This document shows, in pieces, positions 38,192 through 48,242 of a stretch of 64,000 bases of DNA. The first letter of the stretch is position 1, and each line of letters opens with the position of its first letter. The notes below the pieces were generated by a model. It did not search any database. It was given only the letters and a program-made list of their open reading frames with translations, and had not been told where the DNA came from. Origin of the DNA: an uncultured delta proteobacterium (lineage in GTDB: Bacteria; Desulfobacterota; Binatia; Binatales; Binataceae); the NCBI GenBank assembly GCA_963794325.1, contig CAWCDG010000004.1, positions 1,024,001 to 1,088,000 on the forward strand, in the 5' to 3' direction. Position numbers and translations under genes: made by a program.

Positions 38192-38845
38192 ATGCGCTCG
38201 TCCCTGGAAATACCGGCTGGCCGCCGCGAGCGGCAGAAGCTGGAACGCGAACGGCGGATTCTTGCCGCGGCGCGACGCCTGTTCGATCGCAAGGGCTACG
38301 CGGACACCTCGATGGAGAACGTTGCCGCGCGCGCCGGACTCGCGGTTGGCACGCTCTACAATTATTTCTCGTCGAAGGAGCAACTGCTGTTCGCGATAAG
38401 CCGGAGCGACACCGAGCAGCTGGTGAAGATCGGGGAGCGGATTCTCGCCGATCCGCCGGACGATCCAGTCGAAGCGATTGCGGCGCTCACCGAGGTGATG
38501 GTGAACGGGATCACGTCGAGCGAGCGGCGGCTATGGCGCGAGCTGTTCGTCGCTGCGATCGCCGCGCCGGACACGCTGGGCGCGCGGCTGTTCGCACTCG
38601 ATATGCGGCTGATCGCGCAACTGACGACGATGCTCGATCGGCTGAAAACGCGAGGGGCGATAGATGCGAGCGTCGATACGTCGCGGGCGGCGGGGCTGTT
38701 CTACAACATCTGCCTGACCTGGGCCATCGCGTTTGCGACTCGCGACGACCTGACAATCGAAACTATGCGCGCCGAAATATCCGAGAGCGTGCGAATTACC
38801 ATGCACGGGATACTTCCGCGTAATCCCGCGAAGGAGAAGCGATGA
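38192..38845 (+). CDS. TetR/AcrR family regulator
   Basis: ILAAARRLF...VAARAGLAVGTLYNYFSSKEQL. Confidence 0.93.
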   Translation: MRSSLEIPAGRRERQKLERERRILAAARRLFDRKGYADTSMENVAARAGLAVGTLYNYFSSKEQLLFAISRSDTEQLVKIGERILADPPDDPVEAIAALTEVMVNGITSSERRLWRELFVAAIAAPDTLGARLFALDMRLIAQLTTMLDRLKTRGAIDASVDTSRAAGLFYNICLTWAIAFATRDDLTIETMRAEISESVRITMHGILPRNPAKEKR

Positions 38846-39873
38846 ACGTACAAGCTTTCGACGATGGCTCTGAGAGTGGGAGTCGAGACGTGCCCGGATG
38901 GTATCCGATCGCCGCGAGCAGCGGCGTGGTCCGGCGCAAACCAATCGGCGTGAAACGCTTCGGAGAGGCGTTGGTGCTATGGCGCGCCGACGATGGCCGC
39001 GTAGTGTGCATCCCCGATCGATGCTCTCATCGTTCGGCGGCTCTCAGTGCCGGCAAGATTCGCGGCGGATGTCTCGAGTGTCCCTATCATGGCCTTCGCT
39101 TCAACGCCGCGGGACGCTGCGTGCTGATTCCGGCCAACGGTGTTGGCGCGCCGGTGCCGGCTGGATTCGACTTGCGCACGATCAGCGTGCGCGAAGAGCA
39201 TGGGATCGTGTGGTACTGGCACGGCGAGGGCGAGCCCGCGCAGGAGGTCCCCTGGATTCCGGGCGCAAGCGAGCCGGGATTCGGCGCCACTGAGTATTGG
39301 TACGACGCGGCGGTTCCATATTTGCGGATCGTCGAGAACCTGGCAGACTTTCACCATTTTCCGATCCTGCACAAGTCGATGCTTCCCGGAGTCGGCACGC
39401 GAATGGACGAGATGGACGCGCATGTCGAGGGCAAAATCGTCGTGTTCAGCGCGACGATGCGCTACGAAAAGTCCGGCGCGTTCCGGCGCGACACTATAAT
39501 GAAGGCGCGCTTCACGCTTCCGGCGATTGCGCTGATCGAGTTCGGCGGTTTTTTCGTGAACTATTTTCTGTGCCCGATCGACGACGATAACTGCTGGGTA
39601 TTCGGGCGGTATCGCGGCATCAAAATCCGGGGGTTGGTTGCGCAAGCTGTCGGAAAACTGGGCGCGCGTTACGATCGCGCGATCTTTATGCTGCAAGACA
39701 AGCGCGTGCTCCTTTCGCAGAGCGATCCTCCGGGCGACCTGTCGCATTTCAAACTTTATCCGGCGGATCGCGCGATTGCGCTGTTCTGGGGATTGCGTAA
39801 GCAGGCAATCCTCGAAGCGCAGGGCAGCAAGACTGCGCTACAGAATGATTCGGCCGCAGCCGCGGCCCGGTGA
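38842..39873 (+). CDS. Rieske non-heme iron oxygenase (VanA-like alpha subunit)
   Basis: CSHR...CPYHG Rieske site; ENLADFHH..LH mononuclear Fe motif. Confidence 0.92.
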   Translation: MNVQAFDDGSESGSRDVPGWYPIAASSGVVRRKPIGVKRFGEALVLWRADDGRVVCIPDRCSHRSAALSAGKIRGGCLECPYHGLRFNAAGRCVLIPANGVGAPVPAGFDLRTISVREEHGIVWYWHGEGEPAQEVPWIPGASEPGFGATEYWYDAAVPYLRIVENLADFHHFPILHKSMLPGVGTRMDEMDAHVEGKIVVFSATMRYEKSGAFRRDTIMKARFTLPAIALIEFGGFFVNYFLCPIDDDNCWVFGRYRGIKIRGLVAQAVGKLGARYDRAIFMLQDKRVLLSQSDPPGDLSHFKLYPADRAIALFWGLRKQAILEAQGSKTALQNDSAAAAAR

Positions 39874-39900
39874 ATGGGGAAGCCCTTCAAGTGGGCGTCG

Positions 39901-39960
39901 AGGAACCTTAATTGTAGTGAAACCCACGACGGGTTTGCAGGGGTGACCCCTGCACCCAGT
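39901..39960 (-). repeat. Repeat family A copy 11 (internally deleted)
   Basis: Core at 39937-39953. Confidence 0.9.
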
Positions 39961-40025
39961 GAAAAAGACGCGCGCACATTCGAGTATCAAGTTCGCGCGC
40001 ACCGCGCTCGCCACGCCCCAAAACA

Positions 40026-40117
40026 CTTCTAACAGGGACGAAGTCCCGCATCTTTCTTAATACTGGGTGCAGGGGTCACCCCTGCCGAGGGCGCGGGGCG
40101 AGGAGCCCCGCATCTTC
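40026..40117 (+). repeat. Repeat family A copy 12
   Basis: Core at 40069-40085; inverted partner of copy 11. Confidence 0.92.
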
Positions 40118-40227
40118 GAGCGAGCCCTCGAGCGCGGGCTGTTGGTTTGTCACGGAAACGCATGGGGATTAGCATTGAGGTTCTGCGGCTCGGTTCGGAC
40201 CGACCACAAACTCACAGAGGGTCAAAC

Positions 40228-40713
40228 ATGGCAGAGAATTCGAACAAGATACTTGCTCCGGGCACTGCGGCACCGGATTTTTCGCTGCATAGTACGCCCG
40301 ATCAACTCGTGTCGTTGAGTGATTTTCGTGGCGCGCCGTTGATTGTGGCGTTCTACCCGGCGGACTGGAGTCCGGTGTGCGGCGATCAGATGGCGCTCTA
40401 TAATGAGGTGCTCCCCGAGTTCCATCGTTTCAAGGCGGCGATTGTCGGGATCTCGGTCGATGGGGCCTGGTGCCATGATGCGTTCGCGCAGAATCGCAAG
40501 TTGCACTTTCCGCTGCTGGCGGATTTCGAGCCCAAGGGTGCGGTCGCGCGCAAGTACGGCGCTTATCGCGATCACGAAGGCGTCTGCGAGCGGGCGCTGT
40601 TCGTGATCGATCCGAAGGGGACGATTGCATGGAGCTACCTGTCGCCGGTCGGCGTCAATCCCGGCGCCGACGGGATACTCGAAGCACTCGAAACGCTCGC
40701 GGCAAAAAAGTAG
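40228..40713 (+). CDS. Peroxiredoxin/redoxin (AhpE-like)
   Basis: APDFSL, FYPADWSPVC, ERALFVID. Confidence 0.9.
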   Translation: MAENSNKILAPGTAAPDFSLHSTPDQLVSLSDFRGAPLIVAFYPADWSPVCGDQMALYNEVLPEFHRFKAAIVGISVDGAWCHDAFAQNRKLHFPLLADFEPKGAVARKYGAYRDHEGVCERALFVIDPKGTIAWSYLSPVGVNPGADGILEALETLAAKK

Positions 40714-40723
40714 GGAAGCCCTG

Positions 40724-41254
40724 ATGAGTCCATCTGCGAAACTCAAGCCAGTGGTCGGCGCGAACGATCACGTTCAGGGTGCGGCGACGGCGCCAGTGAC
40801 GCTGGTCGAGTATGGAGACTACGAATGTCCCTACTGCGGCGAAGCGTACCCGATTGTGAAGGCGTTGCAAAAACGCCTGGGCGATAAGGTGCGTTTTGTT
40901 TTTCGGAATTTTCCGCTAGCCGAGGCGCATCCGCATGCCGAGCACGCGGCGGAAGCGGCCGAGGCGGCCGGCGCGCAGGGCAAGTTCTGGGAGATGCATG
41001 ACCTGCTGTACGAGAATCAGGATGCGCTCGAGGATGAAGACCTCGCGCGGTACGCGAAGGCGCTACATCTCGATGTTCCTCGGTTCGTCAAGGAGATGGA
41101 GGGGCATGATCACTTCGAGCGGATCCGTGCGGATTTCAGCAGCGGCGTGAGGAGCGGAGTCAACGGCACGCCGAGCTTCTTCATTAATGGTGCGCGTCAC
41201 GACGGGCCTTTCGATCTTGGATCGTTGCTGGCAGCGATTGAGGAAGCCCTCTGA
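40724..41254 (+). CDS. DsbA-like thioredoxin-fold protein
   Basis: EYGDYECPYC, FRNFPL, GVNGTPSFFING. Confidence 0.92.
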   Translation: MSPSAKLKPVVGANDHVQGAATAPVTLVEYGDYECPYCGEAYPIVKALQKRLGDKVRFVFRNFPLAEAHPHAEHAAEAAEAAGAQGKFWEMHDLLYENQDALEDEDLARYAKALHLDVPRFVKEMEGHDHFERIRADFSSGVRSGVNGTPSFFINGARHDGPFDLGSLLAAIEEAL

Positions 41255-41502
41255 TGAGTGACATGCTCGCGCCTTTGATTCTCGATTTTCTCGAATGGAT
41301 AGCGGTCCGGCCGCGGCCTTATTCCGAAGTGATGGACGTTTGGCGCACGTCATGCCCGAGGTTGACGGTTTGGGAGGACGCGAACGAGCGCAGGTTCATC
41401 GCGCGACGGCATGTCGTCGGGAAGGAATTAGTTGTCGATCTGACGGCGGCTGGGCGCAGCTTCCTCGAGGGGAGCGGGCGAGTAGCGGAACCTAACCGCT
41501 AA
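41254..41502 (+). CDS. Small hypothetical protein (WRTSCPRLTVWEDA)
   Basis: Coupled to the DsbA-like gene; stop codon supplied by repeat B. Confidence 0.7.
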   Translation: MSDMLAPLILDFLEWIAVRPRPYSEVMDVWRTSCPRLTVWEDANERRFIARRHVVGKELVVDLTAAGRSFLEGSGRVAEPNR

Positions 41503-41530
41503 CCCCTTCCCGAGCGGGAAGGGGAACCAG
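41489..41530 (+). repeat. Repeat family B
   Basis: AACCTAACCGCTAACCCCTTCCCGAGCGGGAAGGGGAACC. Confidence 0.88.
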
Positions 41531-41562
41531 ATCATTTTTGGATTGTGCGTGCGGCCGCGCGA

Positions 41563-41922
41563 CTAGCTGTTCGGGTCGACGCCCCATTTTTTCTTGTTTT
41601 CGGCGACCTGCTCGGGGGTCGGGTGATCGACCTTTTTGAACGGCATCACTTTGAACTGATCTTTTATTTCGAGCAGCGCGTGGTTGAGCGGGATGTCGTC
41701 CTTGAGGACCTCGGGGACGGCGGGCTCCTCGAAAATGGCCTGCCATGGGCATTCGGGCTCGCATGCGCCGCAATCGATACACTCGTCGGGATCGATGTAG
41801 AGCTGGTTGGGGAATTTTACCTTGTCGGCGCCGACGTATTCGTAAATGCAATCGACGGGGCATACGCTGACGCATCCGGTGTCAACGCAGTCGCGGCAAA
41901 GACGGGTGATGGTCCAGGGCAT
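41563..41922 (-). CDS. Dicluster ferredoxin (FdxA-like)
   Basis: [17 protein letters not shown] and [12 protein letters not shown]. Confidence 0.93.
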   Translation of the reverse strand: MPWTITRLCRDCVDTGCVSVCPVDCIYEYVGADKVKFPNQLYIDPDECIDCGACEPECPWQAIFEEPAVPEVLKDDIPLNHALLEIKDQFKVMPFKKVDHPTPEQVAENKKKWGVDPNS

Positions 41923-42261
41923 GGTTGCGGCCTCGCTTGAGAATCCAGTCCTTATAGTATTGCGAAAAATATCCCGATCAAGGAATCGCCATCCCTGTTG
42001 TCGGGAATACGCGCCATAACCTATATCGGCACGGCGCCTCTGAAAAGGGCAGCGCGGGGGCTATCGTTACAGGGCAAACCCGCTGTGATCGGTGGGCAGG
42101 CGGGCTAGAATATTCGGCGCGAAGAATCGGAAAGTACAGAATCTTGAATCGCGCGTAAAGAGCGCGCTGTATAAGGTCCCTCACCTTAAATCCTCTCCCG
42201 ACGGGAGAGGGGAAGAGGCGGAGAGCAGTCTCCTTACAGGGAGAGGGGAGAGAAATTGAAG

Positions 42262-43743
42262 ATGGCATCAAAGTCGAGAGCGAAGATGCGCAAGGCCCGC
42301 ACGAAGCGCACGGTTTCCGCGAAGGCGGTGGTGGCCGTAAAGGCGCCGCGGACGGGTAACCGCGTCGAGAGCGACAGCATGGGGGCGATCGAGGTCGCGA
42401 AGGATCGCTACTGGGGAGCGCAGACCGAGCGGTCGCTGCTGCATTTCGCGATCGGATTCGATCGGATGCCGCGTTCAGTGGTGCGCGCATTCGGGATTCT
42501 GAAAAAAGCGTCGGCGGAAGTTAATCGCGACCTCGGCAAGCTGCCGGCCGACAAAGCCAGGCTCATCAGTGAGTCGGCGGACGAAGTGATCTCGGGCAAG
42601 CTCGACGAGCATTTTCCGCTGCGCATCTGGCAGACCGGCAGCGGCACGCAGACCAACATGAACGCCAACGAAGTCATTTCGAATCGCGCGATCGAGATGG
42701 CCGGCGGCGTGCTCGGCAGCAAGAAGCCGATACATCCCAACGACGACGTGAACATGTCGCAGTCGTCGAACGATACGTTTCCGACGGCGATGCATATCGC
42801 GGCGGCCGAGGAAGTCACCCACGACCTGATTCCGTCGGTGCGGAAACTGCGCGACGCGCTCGCGCGCAAGGCCAGGGAGTTCGCGGACATCGTGAAAATC
42901 GGCCGTACGCATCTGATGGACGCGGTGCCGCTGACCCTTGGGCAGGAATTCTCGGGATATGTCGCGCAGCTCGATTACGATTTGAAACGCATCGAGGCGG
43001 CGCTGCCGGACTTGCTCGAACTCGCGATCGGCGGCACGGCGGTCGGCACCGGACTGAATACGCATCCGGAATTTGCGGAGCGCGTCGCGAAAAAGATCGC
43101 GGAGTACACCGGGCTGCCGTTCAAATCCGCACCGAACAAATTTGCGGCGCTCGCGGCGCATGATGCGCTGGTGGCGGCTTCGGGAGCGCTCAAGACGCTC
43201 GCGGTCTCGCTGATGAAAATCGCCAATGACATCCGCTGGATGGGATCGGGGCCGCGCACCGGGCTGGGAGAACTGATTTTGCCGGAGAACGAGCCGGGCT
43301 CGTCGATCATGCCGGGCAAGGTGAACCCGACGCAGAGCGAGGCGATGACGATGGTCTGCATCCAGGTGATCGGCAACGACGTGGCGATCACGACGGCCGG
43401 ATCGCAGGGGAATTTCGAGCTCAACGTCTTCAAGCCGCTTATCATCCACAATTTTCTGCACTCGACGATGCTGCTGGCGCATTCGTGCGCGTCGTTCAGC
43501 AAGTACTGCGTCGAAGGAATCCAGCCGAATCGCGAGCAGCTTGAGCGCAACGTCAAGAGTTCGTTGATGCTGGTGACGGCGCTGAGCGAACCTATCGGCT
43601 ACGACAATGCGGCCAAAGTCGCAAAGAAGGCGCATGCGGAAAACATCACGCTGCGCGAGGCGGCGATCGCGCTGAAGCTGCTCTCGGGAGAGGAGTTCGA
43701 CCGGCTGGTGCGCGCGGACAAGATGCTCGCTCCGGAAGGCTGA
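42262..43743 (+). CDS. fumC: Class II fumarate hydratase
   Basis: [27 protein letters not shown]; basic N-terminal extension. Confidence 0.97.
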   Translation: MASKSRAKMRKARTKRTVSAKAVVAVKAPRTGNRVESDSMGAIEVAKDRYWGAQTERSLLHFAIGFDRMPRSVVRAFGILKKASAEVNRDLGKLPADKARLISESADEVISGKLDEHFPLRIWQTGSGTQTNMNANEVISNRAIEMAGGVLGSKKPIHPNDDVNMSQSSNDTFPTAMHIAAAEEVTHDLIPSVRKLRDALARKAREFADIVKIGRTHLMDAVPLTLGQEFSGYVAQLDYDLKRIEAALPDLLELAIGGTAVGTGLNTHPEFAERVAKKIAEYTGLPFKSAPNKFAALAAHDALVAASGALKTLAVSLMKIANDIRWMGSGPRTGLGELILPENEPGSSIMPGKVNPTQSEAMTMVCIQVIGNDVAITTAGSQGNFELNVFKPLIIHNFLHSTMLLAHSCASFSKYCVEGIQPNREQLERNVKSSLMLVTALSEPIGYDNAAKVAKKAHAENITLREAAIALKLLSGEEFDRLVRADKMLAPEG

Positions 43744-43965
43744 ACAGGCCGTTGATAAATCACGGCCCGTTCCCCCTCTCTTATCTCGCCCGCAACCGAG
43801 CGGGAGAGAAGATAAAGGAAAGCAGCCAGCTTTTACACACCTGTGACGGGATGCGTCGGGGGATCGTTGCGATCGCGATTGCGATCGTCGCGGCGATGTG
43901 GTGGCCGGCTGCGTCTCGCGCGGCGCAAACTCCGGGCGGCATCGCGACCGATCCGATCAGAAAGA

Positions 43966-45577
43966 TCACATCCTGAAGACGCCGAAGCCTGGGTGCTCGG
44001 GGATTGGGGCGTTCATCGAGGCGGCGATGCCCAGCGCCAGTGCGGCGCGCGTTTCGACGGGATCGAGAACGCCGTCGTCCCATAGGCGCGCGCTGGAGTA
44101 GTAAACGCTCGACTCGAGTTCGTACTTCTCGAGCGTCGGGCGCATGAAACTCCTTCTGCTCGGCTTCCGTCATCGTCGCGCTTTCGCGCTTCAACTGATC
44201 GAGCTTCACCGTGAGCAGCGTGTTCGCGGCCTGTTCTCCGCCCATTACTGAAATACGCGCGTTCGGCCACATGAACAGCAATCGCGGCGAGTATGCGCGT
44301 CCGCACATCCCGTAATTTCCCGCGCCGTTGGACGCGCCGATAATCACCGTGAACTTCGGGACCTGCGCGTTGGCGACCGCGTTGACCATCTTGGCGCCGT
44401 CCTTTGCGATGCCGCCTTGCTCGTAGCGCTTGCCGACGATGAAGCCGGTGATGTTTTGCAGGAACAGGAGCGGGATGCGGCGCGCGCAGCATAGTTCGAT
44501 GAAGTGGGTCGCCTTCAGCGCGGACTCGCTGAACAGCACGCCATTGTTGGCGATGATGCCGACGGGGTAGCCGTAGATTCGTGCGAAGCCGGTGACGAGC
44601 GTCGTCGCATAGCGCGCCTTGAACTCATGCATGCGGCTGCCATCGACCAGCCGCGCGATCACTTCGCGCACGTCGTAAGGCTTGCGAGTATCGACCGGGA
44701 TGATGCCGTAAAGTTCGGCCGGGTCGTAGTGCGGATCCTCGGGCGTGTCCTGCTCGATCGCGGGGATGGTGCGAGGTCCGAGGTTCTCGAAGATTGCGCG
44801 TGCAATCTGGAGTGCGTGATCGTCGTCGTCGGCCAGGTGATCGCTCACGCCCGACAGTCGAGTATGCACGTCGCCGCCGCCGAGCTCCTCGGCGGTCACT
44901 TCCTCGCCGGTCGCGGCGCGCACCAGCGGCGGTCCCGCCAGGAAGATCGTTCCCTCCTCGCGGACGATGATGTTTTCGTCGCACATCGCGGGCACGTACG
45001 CGCCGCCCGCCGTGCAACTGCCCATCACGACCGCGACCTGCGCCAGTCCAATCGCGGACATCCGCGCCTGGTTGTAAAAGATGCGGCCGAAGTGATGCTC
45101 ATCGGGAAAAATCTCGGACTGCATCGGCAGGAACGCGCCGCCCGAATCGACGAGGTAAACGCACGGCAGTCGATTTTCGATCGCGATTTGTTGCGCGCGC
45201 AGATGCTTCTTCACCGTCATCGGAAAGTACGTGCCGCCTTTGACGGTCGCGTCGTTGGCGACGATGACCGCCTCGCGTCCGTGAATTCTGCCGACGCCGG
45301 TGATGATGCTCGCCGACGGCGAGTCGCCGTCGTACATATTGAATGCGGCCAGCGGGGACAGCTCGAGGAATGGACTGCCGGGATCGAGAAGTTTTTTTAC
45401 GCGGTCACGCGCGAGCAGCTTGCCGCGTTCGACGTGGCGCGCGCGCGCTTGAGCGGGACCGCCCTGGCGGACCCGCTCGATTTCGTCGCGCAGCCGCTTG
45501 ACCAGCGAGTCCATCGCGTCGCGGTTGCGCCGGAACTCATCGGAGTTGGTGTTCAGCCGCGATTCAATTCGATCCAT
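43966..45577 (-). CDS. Methylcrotonyl-CoA carboxylase beta / acyl-CoA carboxyltransferase, with a 1-nt frameshift at ~44148
   Basis: [30 protein letters not shown]; removing one T restores [10 protein letters not shown]...[12 protein letters not shown]...FGVFRM* ending at 43966. Confidence 0.92.
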
Positions 45578-45631
45578 TTGTGTAACCTTGAGCCTGCGCT
45601 AAATATTAGAAAGACGGGCTAGATACTAGCG

Positions 45632-47965
45632 ATGCGTGAACGCGATCTGAAAGCACTCGAATTCGACAAGGTGATTCACCTCGTCATCGAGCTTTGCGCC
45701 TCCGAGCCGGGGCGCGAGGCGACCGCCGAGTTGCGCCCGTCGATCGAGGTGCCCGAAGTTCGCGAGCGGCTCACCGCGACTGCCGAGATGGTCGAGCTGC
45801 GATCGCATGCCGGATCGATCCCGATAAGCGAATTCACCGATCAGCGGCCGTACCTGCTCGTGGCGGCGCGCGCGGGTGCGATACTCGGCGGCGAAGCGCT
45901 GGTGAAGGTGCGCGATTTTATCGTGGGATCGCGGCACGTCAGCGGATTTCTACGATCGCGCGTCGAGCGCTTCCCGCATGTCGCAGCTCTGGTAAATAAC
46001 CTGCTCGCGCCGAAAGAGCTCGCCGACGCGATGCTCGGTGCGCTGGCCGACGACGGCACGATACTGGACGACGCGAGCCCCGAGCTGAAGCGGCTGCGCA
46101 GCCGGCTGCGCGATGAGCGCGCGGAACTCGAGGCGCGCCTTTTGCGATCGCTCAACGCGTCGGGGATGGAATCGTTCGTCTCGGATTACATCGTGACGAT
46201 TCGCAATCGCCGGTTCGTGCTGCCGATGAAGCTGAACTATTCGGAGCGCTTCGAGGGAATCGTGCAGGACCGCAGCGTGTCGGGCGAGACGCTGTTCGTC
46301 GAGCCGATGTGGGCGGTCGAGCTGAACAACCGTCTGATGATGCTCGAGCGGGAAGCGGAGGCGGAAGAAACACGAATCCTCGCGGCGCTGACCGCGATGA
46401 TCGGCGGCTACACACCTGAGTTGCAGCTGACGTTCGACGCGATGGTGGCGATCGACGCGCTCAACGCACGCGCGCTTTTCGCCGAGCGCTTTCGATGCGT
46501 CGAGCCGCAGCTGGTCGATGAGGGAATCGATTTTATTGGCGCGCGGCATCCGCTGCTGATGACCAGCGGCCGCGACGTGATTCCGATCGACGTGAAGATT
46601 GGCGCCGGTCAGCGCGGTATCGTAATCTCGGGTCCGAACACCGGCGGAAAAACCGTCGCGCTCAAGACGGTCGGGCTGCTGTCGCTGATGGCGCAGGCCG
46701 GGATGCTGATTCCCGCGCTCGCGGGCAGCAAGGCGACGGTGTTTCGCAGTGTGTTCGCCGATATCGGCGACGAGCAGTCTATCGAATCGAACCTGTCGAG
46801 TTTTTCGGGGCATATCGCGAACCTGTCCGAGATAATCAGATCGCTGGTCGAGCCGGCGCTGGTGATTCTCGACGAGCCGGGCGCCGGCACCGACCCGGCC
46901 GAGGGCGCGGCGCTTGCGATCGGATTGATGAACCACCTGGGGACGCGGCGCTGCATGCTGGCGATCGCGACGCATTCGACCGCAGTGAAACTGCACGCAT
47001 ACTCGCAAGCCAGGTTCGAGGCCGCGGCGGTGGACTTCGACGCCGAGCATCTCGCGCCGTTGTACCGCCTGAAGCCGCATACGATTGGGCAGAGTTACGG
47101 ACTCGCGGTCGCGCGCCGGCTCGGACTCCCCGAGGAAATAATTCGCGCGGCAGAACAATCGATGGGCACCGGAACTGTCGAGCTGACCGACTCACTGAAA
47201 AGGCTCGACGCCGAGCGCGCCAAGCTAAATGCGCAGCTCGAAAAATTGCGGGAGCGCGAACTCAACCTGGCTCAGATCGAGCAGGATGTCCTTCAACGAG
47301 CTGAAAAGGCGCGCGAGCGCGTCGAGCTCGAGCGCGGGCGGTTGCGGGCCGAAGTCGCGGAACTGATCGAGGAGCTCCGACGCGACGGTGCGAAGCTGAT
47401 GGATGATCTGAGATCCAGGGAAAAATCGCGCCCCGATTTGAAGGGATTCATCACGAAGTCAGCGGCGAAACTCGAGAGTCTTGCGCCCACTGATGCCGCG
47501 ACCGAATCGAACGCGCCGCTGAAGGTCGGCGATAGCGTCGAGGTCGGCGACATTCGGGGCGAGCTGATCGTGCTCGAGGCTAGCCGCGCCGTGATCAGCC
47601 GCGGCGGCTTGAGAATAGAAGTCTCGCCCGAGCGGTTGCGCAGGTCGGCGGTTGCGCCGCCCGAACTTCGGCCCGCGCGGACCAAAGAGCCGGCCGTCAC
47701 CTTCAGCGTCGAGACTGGCGAGGGTAACGAGTTGAATCTGATCGGGATGCGCACGACGGACGCACTGCGCAAGCTCGAGGAATTTCTCGACACCGCATTC
47801 CTGACCAATCGCGCGGAGGTGCGGATCGTTCATGGGATTGGATCGGGCGCGCTGCGCAAGGCTGTCGCGGAATACCTGGGTAGCTCGCCGTATTGCGCGT
47901 CGTTTCGCGGCGCAGAACCGCATCATGGAGGTGCGGGCGCGACGATCGTGCAGATGAATTTGTGA
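45632..47965 (+). CDS. mutS2: Endonuclease MutS2
   Basis: LEFDK start, SGPNTGGKT, DIGDEQSI, DEPGAGTDP, C-terminal Smr HGIGSG. Confidence 0.96.
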   Translation: MRERDLKALEFDKVIHLVIELCASEPGREATAELRPSIEVPEVRERLTATAEMVELRSHAGSIPISEFTDQRPYLLVAARAGAILGGEALVKVRDFIVGSRHVSGFLRSRVERFPHVAALVNNLLAPKELADAMLGALADDGTILDDASPELKRLRSRLRDERAELEARLLRSLNASGMESFVSDYIVTIRNRRFVLPMKLNYSERFEGIVQDRSVSGETLFVEPMWAVELNNRLMMLEREAEAEETRILAALTAMIGGYTPELQLTFDAMVAIDALNARALFAERFRCVEPQLVDEGIDFIGARHPLLMTSGRDVIPIDVKIGAGQRGIVISGPNTGGKTVALKTVGLLSLMAQAGMLIPALAGSKATVFRSVFADIGDEQSIESNLSSFSGHIANLSEIIRSLVEPALVILDEPGAGTDPAEGAALAIGLMNHLGTRRCMLAIATHSTAVKLHAYSQARFEAAAVDFDAEHLAPLYRLKPHTIGQSYGLAVARRLGLPEEIIRAAEQSMGTGTVELTDSLKRLDAERAKLNAQLEKLRERELNLAQIEQDVLQRAEKARERVELERGRLRAEVAELIEELRRDGAKLMDDLRSREKSRPDLKGFITKSAAKLESLAPTDAATESNAPLKVGDSVEVGDIRGELIVLEASRAVISRGGLRIEVSPERLRRSAVAPPELRPARTKEPAVTFSVETGEGNELNLIGMRTTDALRKLEEFLDTAFLTNRAEVRIVHGIGSGALRKAVAEYLGSSPYCASFRGAEPHHGGAGATIVQMNL

Positions 47966-47976
47966 GAGAGCCATCT

Positions 47977-48083
47977 AATTTAATGCGGAACCCGCGGTGG
48001 GTTCCGCACCTCCTTCGGCAGGGGTGACCCCTGCACCCAGTATCAGGAAAGAAAAAGATGCGGGACTTCGTCCCTGTTAGAAC
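47977..48083 (-). repeat. Repeat family A copy 13
   Basis: Core at 48018-48034. Confidence 0.93.
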
Positions 48084-48147
48084 TTTGTCGGGGAAGAGGT
48101 GGATTCCGCGGCAAGCTGAAATGCTCGCGCACTGAGGGGACGCTAAG

Positions 48148-48232
48148 AACCTAACCCCTAACCCCTTCCCGAGCGGGAAGGGGAACCGGATTGTTTGGAG
48201 TAACCCCTTCCTGCGCGGGAAGGGGGACCGGA
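48148..48232 (+). repeat. Repeat family B with a tandem second hairpin
   Basis: AACCTAACCCCTAACCCCTTCCCGAGCGGGAAGGGGAACCGGA plus a second hairpin. Confidence 0.9.
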
Positions 48233-48242
48233 TTGGAAAAGA

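Noticed and set aside
42066-42110. c-di-GMP-I riboswitch suggested by AGGGCAAACC upstream of fumC
   Set aside because: The downstream GGGACGCAAAGC/GNRA elements are absent
43851-43976. 41-aa [27 protein letters not shown]... between fumC and the carboxyltransferase
   Set aside because: Looks like a signal peptide from a truncated gene; too short to call
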